16,270 nucleotides of DNA. It comes from Vulcanimicrobiota bacterium (GTDB lineage: Bacteria; Vulcanimicrobiota; Vulcanimicrobiia; Vulcanimicrobiales; Vulcanimicrobiaceae). Below the pieces are notes generated by a model. It saw only the letters and a list, made by a program, of their open reading frames with translations, made no database searches and was not told the DNA's origin. The position numbers and the translations under genes were made by a program. Position 1 is the stretch's first letter. Each line of letters starts with the position of its first letter. Shown here in pieces: positions 7,225 through 15,026 of the stretch. The stretch is taken from assembly GCA_003133025.1 (NCBI GenBank), contig PKZK01000230.1, positions 1 to 16,270 on the forward strand. The letters run 5' to 3'.

Positions 7225-8712
7225 TCAATCGTAGGCGCCGCGCACGTACCAGCGTTGCGCTTCGGTAACGATGCGCCAGAGCGTACCGTCGTCGAGCAGC
7301 ACGTCGTAGGCATCGCTGGCATAGGGCAACGCGCCCTCGTCGAGGGCTTGCGCCCACCACGATTCGTCGACGCGCCACGGTCCGGCGAGTTCCACGATCT
7401 TGCGGCCCCCGACGGCCACGGGCCGGCCGCGTTCGACGCGCACGCCGATCTCGCGCGGTGCGAGCACGCGATAAGCCAGCGTGCCTTCGGACGCGGACGT
7501 TTGCGCGGCGCCGGCGTGCGGCGCGCGACGCACGAGCCCGCGCGCGTCGAATGCTTCGTAGGCATAGCGCGTCTCGCGCCGATGCCCCGAGGTCACGCGC
7601 GCCCGCAACGCCGAGCCCGGGCCGAGCGCGGCCTCGATGCGCGCCAGCGCCACCGCCACCGTTTCGGGATCGGGGTCGCTGCCCGCAAAGAGCGAACGTT
7701 CCGCGCCGCCTTCTTCCAGCCGTTCGGCGCCCAAGCGCAGACCGCTCACCGGTGCGGCCAACACGATGCCTTCCAAACGCGCGCGCAGGAGATCGAACAT
7801 CGTCGCGGCTTGCGCCGTCGGTTGCGCGAGCAGCGTGGGCACGTCGTGCGTCGTGCCGTCTTCGCATTCGAGCGTCAAGCGCAAGTAACCGCACCGCTTG
7901 CCCGCGAGCGCCACGTCGTCGGCAACGCGCGCCACCAGCGTGCGCAAGGCGAAGAGCACCTGTTCTTCGCGCTCCGCCGTGCCTTCGCCGAAGAGCGATC
8001 GTTCCACGCGCAGCGCCCGCGCGCGCGGCACGAGCGGTTCGGGATCGATGCCGCCGGCGCGATCGTGGGCGCGCGCCGCGGCCGGTCCGAAGCGGCGCAC
8101 GAACGGTCCGTGCGGCAGCGCGGCGAGTTCGCCCAGCGTGCGCACGCCGAGCAACTGCAAACGTTCGATCGCGTAGGCTTCGAGATCCAGCACGCGTAGC
8201 GGCAGCGGTGCGACGAAGGCGCGCTCGCTGCCGCGCCGCACGATCGTGCCGTCGCGCGACGAGGCCGCCGCGCGCGCGACGAATTTGCCCGCGGCCAGGC
8301 CCAAGCGAAAGGGCAGCGCGCCCGCCGCAACCGCGTTGAGCGCGCCGCGCACGCTCGCCAGCCAAACGCGCGGCGTGCCTTCGATGCCGCGCATCTCGAG
8401 AAAGGCGATGCCGGGCTCGGCATCTTCGACCAAGGGCGACGCGGCGTCGAGTGCGTCGAGGATCTCTTCCCAGAGCGCGAGGCCGCGCGCGGGTTCGTCG
8501 ACGACGATCGCCGCTTCGCGCGCGCACGCACTCGCTTGAACCAGCGTCATGCCCGGACGCACGCCGAGTTCGTAGGCGGCGTCGTCGACGGCCAGCGCGT
8601 GTCCGCGTTCGAGCCGGTCGACGACGACCAGCGGCCGCTCGCGCAATTCCGGCTGCGTGAAGCGCGCGACCTCGACCTTGAATGCCGGCACCAGCGCGCA
8701 GACGATCGGCAC
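7225..8712 (-). CDS. imuB: ImuB, catalytically inactive Y-family polymerase homolog (495 aa)
   Basis: GTG 8712 lies 2 nt after the imuA stop. GVRPGMTLVQASA, LGVRTLGELAALP and the C-terminal GPWRVDESWW...WYVRGAYD are typical of ImuB; the Y-family catalytic acidic motifs are degenerate (CALVPAF; EDAEPGIAFLE). Confidence 0.92.
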   Translation of the reverse strand: MPIVCALVPAFKVEVARFTQPELRERPLVVVDRLERGHALAVDDAAYELGVRPGMTLVQASACAREAAIVVDEPARGLALWEEILDALDAASPLVEDAEPGIAFLEMRGIEGTPRVWLASVRGALNAVAAGALPFRLGLAAGKFVARAAASSRDGTIVRRGSERAFVAPLPLRVLDLEAYAIERLQLLGVRTLGELAALPHGPFVRRFGPAAARAHDRAGGIDPEPLVPRARALRVERSLFGEGTAEREEQVLFALRTLVARVADDVALAGKRCGYLRLTLECEDGTTHDVPTLLAQPTAQAATMFDLLRARLEGIVLAAPVSGLRLGAERLEEGGAERSLFAGSDPDPETVAVALARIEAALGPGSALRARVTSGHRRETRYAYEAFDARGLVRRAPHAGAAQTSASEGTLAYRVLAPREIGVRVERGRPVAVGGRKIVELAGPWRVDESWWAQALDEGALPYASDAYDVLLDDGTLWRIVTEAQRWYVRGAYD

Positions 8713-8714
8713 CG

Positions 8715-9437
8715 TTACGCGCCGGCAGCCACGCGACAGAAGAGTTCCGCGCTGCGCCCGGGCGAAGCGCGTTTGTGCTTGAGGACCGTCGCTTCGAGTT
8801 CGGCGCCCGCCAGCGCGCAGAAGAGTCCGCTGACGCCCGACCAGCGCACGCGGCGCGGACGCAGGCGCACGCGCAGCGAGGCGAAGTAGCGCAGCTCGTC
8901 GGAGGCCTCCGTGCCCAGCGCCAGCAGCACCGCGTTGGAACGGTGCGCGAGCCCGGCCAGCCGCGTCCAGGCGACGGCGGGCAGGCTGACCGCCGGAATG
9001 ACCACGAGCCCGAAGGCGCCCGCGCGCAGCAGTACGTCGGCGGCCCGGGCGGCGCTCACCGCATCGTGCGCGGGCACGACCAGCAGCCGCTCGAGATTCA
9101 CCCCGGCGGCCGCGAGCGAGGGCGGGTAGAGGCAACCTTCCGAACCCCGGGGCGACTCGATCAGCGCGCCCAGGCCGCCCCCGAGGGTGGCGCCGGCCAG
9201 CAGCCGGGCGGCCAGCGCCGACCTGCCCGAGCCCGAAGGGCCTTCGAGGGTGGCGATGATGCCCCGCGGCACGCCCCCGCCCAGGGCCGCATCCAGAGCC
9301 GGGAAGCCCGTGCGCAGCACGGCCTCTTCGGCCAGGGTGAAGGCTGCGGGCGCGGCCTCCGCGTGGGCATTCGCCAGCGTCGCGCGAAGCTCGGCGAAGG
9401 CGTCCCGGCGGGGTTGCGTCGCGGCCGTCAGAGGCAT
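8715..9437 (-). CDS. imuA: ImuA, RecA-like mutasome accessory protein (240 aa)
   Basis: LRTGFPALDAALGGGVPRG resembles the RecA core; degenerate Walker A GPSGSGRS; LYPPSLAAAGVNLERLLVV is typical of ImuA; directly upstream of imuB and under a LexA box. Confidence 0.9.
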   Translation of the reverse strand: MPLTAATQPRRDAFAELRATLANAHAEAAPAAFTLAEEAVLRTGFPALDAALGGGVPRGIIATLEGPSGSGRSALAARLLAGATLGGGLGALIESPRGSEGCLYPPSLAAAGVNLERLLVVPAHDAVSAARAADVLLRAGAFGLVVIPAVSLPAVAWTRLAGLAHRSNAVLLALGTEASDELRYFASLRVRLRPRRVRWSGVSGLFCALAGAELEATVLKHKRASPGRSAELFCRVAAGA

Positions 9438-9445
9438 GGGAGGTC

Positions 9446-9474
9446 ATGGTAATCGAACGTATGTTCGATGTAAA
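9446..9474 (-). promoter_or_regulatory. Sigma70-type promoter of imuAB: TTTACA (9474-9469), 17 bp spacer, TACCAT (9451-9446)
   Basis: Same geometry as the dnaE2 promoter; 8 nt between the -10 and the imuA ATG. Confidence 0.8.
9452..9469. promoter_or_regulatory. LexA SOS box ATCGAAC-GTAT-GTTCGAT (second copy)
   Basis: Identical to 1798-1815, including the 4-bp spacer; upstream of imuA. Confidence 0.93.
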
Positions 9475-10018
9475 GGGGCCGAAGGTCCGGCCCGTCGAGC
9501 CCGGCGACGCTCCCGCGATCGCCTGCCTCTACGCGCCCATCGTCGAGACGACGACGATCTCGTTCGAAGAAATCGCGCCCGATGCCGCCGAGATCGCGCG
9601 GCGGATCGAGGCCGTCACGCGCACGCATCCGTGGCTCGTCGCCGACGACGCGGGCAGCCTCGCGGGCTACGCCTATGCCACGAAGTACCGAGAGCGGGCC
9701 GCCTACCGTTGGGCGGTCGACACGAGCGTTTACGTCGACGAACGCTACCGGCGCCGCGGCATCGGCCGCCTCCTCTACGCCGAGTTGTTCGCGACCTTAC
9801 GCCGGCTGGGTTATCTGCGGGCTTTCGCCGGCGTGGCGCTGCCCAACGCCGGGAGCGAAGCGCTGCACGAAGCGGTGGGCTTTCGCGAGGTGGGCACCTA
9901 CCGCGCCGTCGGCTTCAAGTTCGGCCGCTGGCACGACGTGCGCTGGTACGGCCTCACGCTCGGCGAAAGCGCGACGCCCGCGGAGCCCGTGCCGTTCGGC
10001 TCAGCGCGCTTTGAGTGA
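9461..10018 (+). CDS. GNAT N-acetyltransferase, phosphinothricin/arsinothricin (Pat/YncA/ArsN1)-like
   Basis: TTISFEEIAP, AYRWAVDTSVYV, RRRGIG acetyl-CoA motif, VALPNAGSEALHEAVGF, VGFKFGRWHDV. Start uncertain (ATG 9446 or 9461). Confidence 0.88.
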   Translation: MFDVKGPKVRPVEPGDAPAIACLYAPIVETTTISFEEIAPDAAEIARRIEAVTRTHPWLVADDAGSLAGYAYATKYRERAAYRWAVDTSVYVDERYRRRGIGRLLYAELFATLRRLGYLRAFAGVALPNAGSEALHEAVGFREVGTYRAVGFKFGRWHDVRWYGLTLGESATPAEPVPFGSARFE

Positions 10019-11398
10019 CATGCGGCGCTGCTGCTCGGGCGTGTCGTAGCGCAGCAAACTCATCGGATGCAACGGCAGCAGCAACGGCGGCCGCGGCGTC
10101 TGGTTGAAGTTGAAGTCGTTGGCCAAGTCGCCGTACTGGGATTCCGCATCGCGATAGTCGGGACGCGGATCGGGCCGTCCCGATTGGCTCATCCGTTCGC
10201 CGTTCAAGAAGACGTCTTCGATGAATTTGAGATAGCAGTCGGTGCTGCAGATCTGGTGATCGATGTAACCCGGGATGGCGTAGGGGCTCACGATCCAGGC
10301 CGGCACGCGGATGCCCAAGCCTTGCGAGTCGAAACTGTACGGCGGCGGTTCGTGATCGTAGAAGCCGCCGTCGTCGTCGTAGGTCACGAAGATCGCGCTG
10401 CTATTCCAATCCGGTCCGCTCATCACCGCGTTGATCAAGCCGGTCACGTACGTTTCGCCGTGCGCGACCGATGAGGTTGGATGTTCGCTGTCGGCTTGTT
10501 GGGGCAAGACCCAACTCACCGCGGGCAACGTGCCGTTGGCCGCATCGGTGTAGAACTGGGTCAAGTTGATCAGAGCGTTGCCCAACTGACCGTCGTCTTG
10601 AACGGTCTCGAAACCGGGCAAGACGTTCCAGATGCCCATCACGCCGTGATGCGTGAACGTGGCGCCTTGGCCGCCGTCGAGATAGGCCGCCCAGGTCACG
10701 TTGTTCTGATAGAGCAAATAGGTGATGTCGGTCCACTGATACGGCGTCGGATCCTTCGTGTTCCAGACATCGCCGCCGAACGAACTCGTGCAACTGTCCA
10801 CGTCGTTGGGTTTCAGACACTTCGCGGCCCACGCCGAAAAGAGAAAGAGATGGGCCGGCTGGCTCCAGGAGTGGCTGGCTTCGTAGAATTGATCCTGGAG
10901 CACGTAGTTGCTCGCGTAGGCCCAATAGTTGGGCAGATCGGTGCCGTCGTGATAGCCCATCACGTCGACGATGTCGCCCTTGCTGCCCGGTTTGCAATCG
11001 GGATCGACGCCGACCTCGATATCCGACGGGCAGCCGCCGCGGGCTAATTGCTTCTCGCGCTGGACGACGAAGCCGTCCATCTTCCCGCCGTCGATATCGG
11101 CTTCTTGGTATTCGTCGAGATACGGACCGCCCTCGTTGCTCGCTTCGTGATTGGGGTAGGGCGTGAAGCATTCGCTGGGATGGCGGATGCTCGGCAAACA
11201 CGGCAAGGGGCTCGGGAAGCCGTCGGCGCCGGGAAACGTGCCGAAGTAGTGATCGAACGAGCGATTTTCCTGAACGATGAAGATCACGTGCTGGATCGTT
11301 TGCAGCCCGGCGGCCGGCACCGCGCGCGGTGCGGCCAGGAGCGCCGGCGCGCAGGCGAAGAAGCCGGCGGCAATGCCGAGCCGCGTGCGCGCGTTCAC
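10001..11398 (-). CDS. Secreted phosphoesterase (phospholipase C/acid phosphatase family), paralog A, 465 aa
   Basis: GTG 11398 in a GTGA overlap with the upstream stop, GGAGG RBS; signal-like N-terminus; IQHVIFIVQENRSFDHYFG, SEHP, TYDDDGGFYDHEPPP, GIRVP. The 3' end overlaps the convergent GNAT by 18 bp. Confidence 0.92.
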   Translation of the reverse strand: MNARTRLGIAAGFFACAPALLAAPRAVPAAGLQTIQHVIFIVQENRSFDHYFGTFPGADGFPSPLPCLPSIRHPSECFTPYPNHEASNEGGPYLDEYQEADIDGGKMDGFVVQREKQLARGGCPSDIEVGVDPDCKPGSKGDIVDVMGYHDGTDLPNYWAYASNYVLQDQFYEASHSWSQPAHLFLFSAWAAKCLKPNDVDSCTSSFGGDVWNTKDPTPYQWTDITYLLYQNNVTWAAYLDGGQGATFTHHGVMGIWNVLPGFETVQDDGQLGNALINLTQFYTDAANGTLPAVSWVLPQQADSEHPTSSVAHGETYVTGLINAVMSGPDWNSSAIFVTYDDDGGFYDHEPPPYSFDSQGLGIRVPAWIVSPYAIPGYIDHQICSTDCYLKFIEDVFLNGERMSQSGRPDPRPDYRDAESQYGDLANDFNFNQTPRPPLLLPLHPMSLLRYDTPEQQRRMSLKAR

Positions 11399-12813
11399 GG
11401 GGCCTCCGAGCGCAGCAAGGTCATCGGGTGCGTCGAGAGCACGAGCGGCGGACGCGGCGCCTTCGAGAAGTCGAAATCCGCCGCGAGGGTTCCGTACGCG
11501 GGTTGCGCGTCGCGGTAGTCGGGGCGTGGGTCGGGCCGGCCGGATTCGCTCATGCGCTCGCCTTTCAAGAACACGTCTTCGATGAACTTCAAATAGCAGT
11601 CGGTGCTGCAGGCTTGATGATCGACGTAGCCCTTTTTCGCATACGGGCTGACGATCATCGCCGGCACGCGTATGCCCAGGCCCAAACTGTCGAAGTCGAA
11701 CGGCGGCACTTGGTGATCGTAGAAGCCGCCCATGTCGTCGTAGGTGATGAAGATGGCGCTGCTCTCCCAGTCCGGCCCGTTCATCACCGCATCGATCAAG
11801 CCGGTCACGTAGCTCTGGCCTTGCTTGATCGAGGCTTGGGGGTGCTCGGCATCGACGTACTTGGGCAACAGCCACGTCACTTGCGGTAAGGTGCCGTCGG
11901 CCGCATCGGAATAAAACTGCGTCTGGTCGTACTCGGCGTTGGCCACCTGACCGTCCTGGTTGACGGTTTCGAAGCCGGGCAGCACGTCCCAGATCCAGGC
12001 CGAGCCGTTCTGTCCCTGCGGCTTGCCGGCCAAGCCGCCGTCGAGGTAGACGCGCCAACTGACGCCGTGCTGCCAAAGCAGATACGTGATGTCGGTCCAG
12101 AGATACGGCGACGGCGCGGTCGGACTCCAGCCCAGTCCGCCGGGCGAGGTCGAGCACGAATCGACGTTGGGCGGATTGAGGTCTTTACAGATCGCCGACC
12201 AGCCCGAGAAGAGTTCGAGGTGTCCCACCAGGCTCCACGACATCGCCGATTCGTGAAAATGATCCTGGAGCACGAAGTTCTGCGCATACGCCCAGTAGTT
12301 GGGCAGATCGGTGCCGTCGTGATAGCCCATCACGTCGACCAGACAGTGCACGTTTTGGATGAAGCCCTCGTCGTCGATCATCGTCGTTCCGCTGCGTTCG
12401 CGCGGCGCGCGTCCGCGTTGCGGCGCACACTTCGAGCCCAACTGCTGCTCGCGGCTGATCACGAAGCCGTCCATCTTGCCGTTGTCGATGTCTTGCGTTT
12501 GATAGGTGATCAGCAACGGCCCGCCCTCGTTGCTGTCGCGATGGTTGGGATAGGGCGTGAAGCATTGGCTCGGATACCAATGGCTGGGCAAGCACGGCGC
12601 TTGCGTGGGGATGCCGTCGGCGCCGGGGTACGTGCCGAAATAGTGATCGAACGAGCGGTTCTCTTGCACGATGAAGATCAGGTGTTTGAGCTTGTACAGC
12701 CCGCGGCTCGCTCCGCTGTCTTCCGCCGCGCGGCCGCCGCTCGGCGCGAGGCCCGCGTAGAGCGCGCCCACGGCGATGCACGCGAGCGCGAGCAGAGGGA
12801 GGCGGCGAAGCAC
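11395..12813 (-). CDS. Secreted phosphoesterase, paralog B (about 472 aa)
   Basis: GTG 12813 (alternative 12822) with GAGGT upstream; signal peptide LRRLPLLALACIAVGALYA; QENRSFDHYFG, AEHP, TYDDMGGFYDHQ, GIRVP. Confidence 0.92.
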   Translation of the reverse strand: MLRRLPLLALACIAVGALYAGLAPSGGRAAEDSGASRGLYKLKHLIFIVQENRSFDHYFGTYPGADGIPTQAPCLPSHWYPSQCFTPYPNHRDSNEGGPLLITYQTQDIDNGKMDGFVISREQQLGSKCAPQRGRAPRERSGTTMIDDEGFIQNVHCLVDVMGYHDGTDLPNYWAYAQNFVLQDHFHESAMSWSLVGHLELFSGWSAICKDLNPPNVDSCSTSPGGLGWSPTAPSPYLWTDITYLLWQHGVSWRVYLDGGLAGKPQGQNGSAWIWDVLPGFETVNQDGQVANAEYDQTQFYSDAADGTLPQVTWLLPKYVDAEHPQASIKQGQSYVTGLIDAVMNGPDWESSAIFITYDDMGGFYDHQVPPFDFDSLGLGIRVPAMIVSPYAKKGYVDHQACSTDCYLKFIEDVFLKGERMSESGRPDPRPDYRDAQPAYGTLAADFDFSKAPRPPLVLSTHPMTLLRSEAP

Positions 12814-12827
12814 GACGCGCACCTCGG

Positions 12828-13412
12828 CTATGTGGCTCGACGAGCCGCGATGATCTCCGCGCGGCGAAAACACGTCGAGCGATGGTCGTTGAGGATGCCG
12901 CAGGCTTGCAAGAACGATTGCACGATCGTCGAGCCGGTGAAGGTGAAGCCGCGTGCGCGCAGATCGGCGCTCACCGCGTCGGAGAGCGGCGTCGTCGCCG
13001 GAAGCGGCGTCTTGGTACCGTATCTGCCGTCGCGCGGACGCCCGGCGACGAACGCCCACAGGTACGCGGCAAAGGAGCCGTGCGTGCGCGCGACCTCGAG
13101 CAACGCGCTTGCGTTTTTCAGCGTCGAGAGAATCTTTCCGCGATGGCGCACGATGCCCGGATCGCTGACCGCGGCCTCGACGGCATCCGCGTCGAGCGCG
13201 GCGACGGCCCGCGGATCGAAATTCCGAAACACGCGCCGGTACCCCTCACGCTTGCGCAAGATCGTCACCCAGCTCAGCCCGGCTTGCGCGCCCTCCAATG
13301 TGAGCAATTCGAAGAGCGCCCGATCGTCATGAACGGGCACTCCCCACTCGGTATCGTGGTACGTCGTCAGCGGCTCTGCGAGCGCCCACGCGCAGCGCGC
13401 TCGTGGCGCGAT
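12828..13412 (-). CDS. tag: DNA-3-methyladenine glycosylase I (194 aa if initiated at ATC 13412)
   Basis: In-frame extension upstream of the listed ORF gives RCAW...YHDTEWGVPVHDDRALFELLTLEGAQAGLSW...IVRHRGKI...GILNDHRSTCF; all four Zn ligands (C, H, H, C) present. The start is non-canonical (see findings). Confidence 0.9.
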   Translation of the reverse strand: MAPRARCAWALAEPLTTYHDTEWGVPVHDDRALFELLTLEGAQAGLSWVTILRKREGYRRVFRNFDPRAVAALDADAVEAAVSDPGIVRHRGKILSTLKNASALLEVARTHGSFAAYLWAFVAGRPRDGRYGTKTPLPATTPLSDAVSADLRARGFTFTGSTIVQSFLQACGILNDHRSTCFRRAEIIAARRAT

Positions 13413-14911
13413 TACCGCTCTCCGCGCGTTCTCAAATTCGCCGGCAGCGGCGCCGGCACGTTGTCGATGAGCGTCGTCATCGGATGGGTGGAGAGCACCA
13501 GCGGCGCGCGCGGTGCCTGCTTGAAGTTGAAGTCGTTGGCCAGGTTACCCAGTTGCGTCGACTGATCGCGACAGTCGGGGCGCGGGTCGGGCCGGCCGGC
13601 CTGGCAGATGCTCTCGCCGTTGACGAAGACGTCTTCGATCAGTTTGAGGAACGAGTCCGTCGTGAGGATCTGGTGATCGATGTAGCCGGTCAACGAGTAG
13701 GGACTGATCAAGATCGCCGGCGTGCGCAGGCCCGGGCCGTCGAAGTCGATTTGGAACGGCGGGGGCTCGTGATCGTAGAAGCCGCCCATGTCGTCCCACA
13801 CGATGAAGATCGCGGTGCTGTTCCAATCCGGGCCGCTCATGGCCGCGTTGACCAGACCCGTCACGTAGGCTTGCCCGTTTTTGACCGACGCTTGCGGATG
13901 ATCGCTGTCGGGGTAGTCGGGCAATAGCCAGGTCACCTGCGGCAGCGTTCCCGCCGCGGCATCGGTGAAGTATTGCGTCGTCTCGATGCCCACCGCGTTG
14001 TTGTATTGCCCGTCGTCGTTGACCGTTTCGAAGCCGCCGAGCACGGCCCAGATTCCCTGGACGCCCAGCTTGCCGATGCCGATCGGATCGCCCAGACCGT
14101 GATCGAGATACGAGATCCACGAGATGTTGTGCTGGTTGAGCAGGTAGGTGATGTCGGTCCAGAGGTACGGGATCGCGTCCGCGCCGTTGGGATTCCAGGT
14201 GGTGTCGCCGAGATCGCTCGAGCAGCTATCGATCTGGGGCGGATTGATCTGCGTGCACTTCGCGGCCCAGCCGGAGAAGAGCGCGAGGTGCGCGGGCAGG
14301 CTCCACGACTCGGCCGACTCGTAGAAGTGATCGTAGAGCACGTAGTTCTGCGCGTAAGCCCAATAGTTGGGCAGATCCTTGCCGTCGTGGTAGCCCATCA
14401 CGTCGTCGATGCACTGCTTGGTCTGCGGGATGCCCTCGTCGACCTTGACGCCGACGACTTTGCGGGGATCGGGCCGCCGGCCGTTTTGCGGCGCGCAGCC
14501 CTCACCCAACTCTTGCTCGCGCGACTCGACGAAGCCGTCCATCTTGCCGCCGTCGATGTCTTGCACCTGATACGGATTCATGTACGGGCCGCCGTTGTTG
14601 CTGGCGTTGTGATCGGGATACGGCGTGTCGCAGGCGCTCGGGTACCACGGATCGATCTGACACGGCGGGCTCGTCGGCAAGCCGTCGGCGCCCGGGTACT
14701 TTCCGAAGAACTGATCGAACGAACGATTTTCCTGAACGATGAAGATCAAATGCTTGATCTTACCGAGGCCCGAGCCCGGGGTGGGAGCCGGAAAGGTTGG
14801 CGGCGGCGTCGCGCCGTTTGGCACGGTGAACAGTCCCGCCTTCGCCGGCGCGGCGGCCACGCCGAGCGCGACGGCGACAACGATGCCGATCAAAACACGC
14901 ATGCGATTCAT
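13412..14911 (-). CDS. Secreted phosphoesterase, paralog C (499 aa)
   Basis: ATG 14911 (or 14902) with GGAGAAG upstream; signal peptide ending AKA; Pro-rich linker; QENRSFDQFFG, SDHP, VWDDMGGFYDHEPPP, GLRTP. Confidence 0.92.
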   Translation of the reverse strand: MNRMRVLIGIVVAVALGVAAAPAKAGLFTVPNGATPPPTFPAPTPGSGLGKIKHLIFIVQENRSFDQFFGKYPGADGLPTSPPCQIDPWYPSACDTPYPDHNASNNGGPYMNPYQVQDIDGGKMDGFVESREQELGEGCAPQNGRRPDPRKVVGVKVDEGIPQTKQCIDDVMGYHDGKDLPNYWAYAQNYVLYDHFYESAESWSLPAHLALFSGWAAKCTQINPPQIDSCSSDLGDTTWNPNGADAIPYLWTDITYLLNQHNISWISYLDHGLGDPIGIGKLGVQGIWAVLGGFETVNDDGQYNNAVGIETTQYFTDAAAGTLPQVTWLLPDYPDSDHPQASVKNGQAYVTGLVNAAMSGPDWNSTAIFIVWDDMGGFYDHEPPPFQIDFDGPGLRTPAILISPYSLTGYIDHQILTTDSFLKLIEDVFVNGESICQAGRPDPRPDCRDQSTQLGNLANDFNFKQAPRAPLVLSTHPMTTLIDNVPAPLPANLRTRGER

Positions 14912-15026
14912 GATCTTCTCCGAGCCCTGTCCCCGGGGAGGGACGGGCGGGCTACTGCCTGGGCCTATGTACCACAATGCGCCCGCACCCGCCGTCGGCA
15001 CCTGCCGGTTCGACTGGAAAATCGGC

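Noticed and set aside
7225..9447. 740-aa ORF suggesting an ImuA-ImuB fusion or extended ImuB
   Set aside because: The first 245 codons are Arg/Gly-rich off-frame reading over imuA and start inside the -10 box; imuA has its own stop at 8715-8717 and ImuB-like sequence begins at GTG 8712.
1796..9471. The 22-bp direct repeat as target-site duplication, att sites or CRISPR repeats
   Set aside because: Only two copies, both explained as LexA operator/promoters; no integrase, transposase or cas gene lies between them.
11399..13059. N-terminal extensions of the 718-aa and 554-aa phosphoesterase ORFs
   Set aside because: They overlap paralog B and tag in other frames; signal peptides and RBS sites mark starts at 11398 and about 12813.
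14922..14953. GC-rich hairpin upstream of phosphoesterase C as a riboswitch or terminator
   Set aside because: Short imperfect stem, no U-tract, no recognisable aptamer motif.
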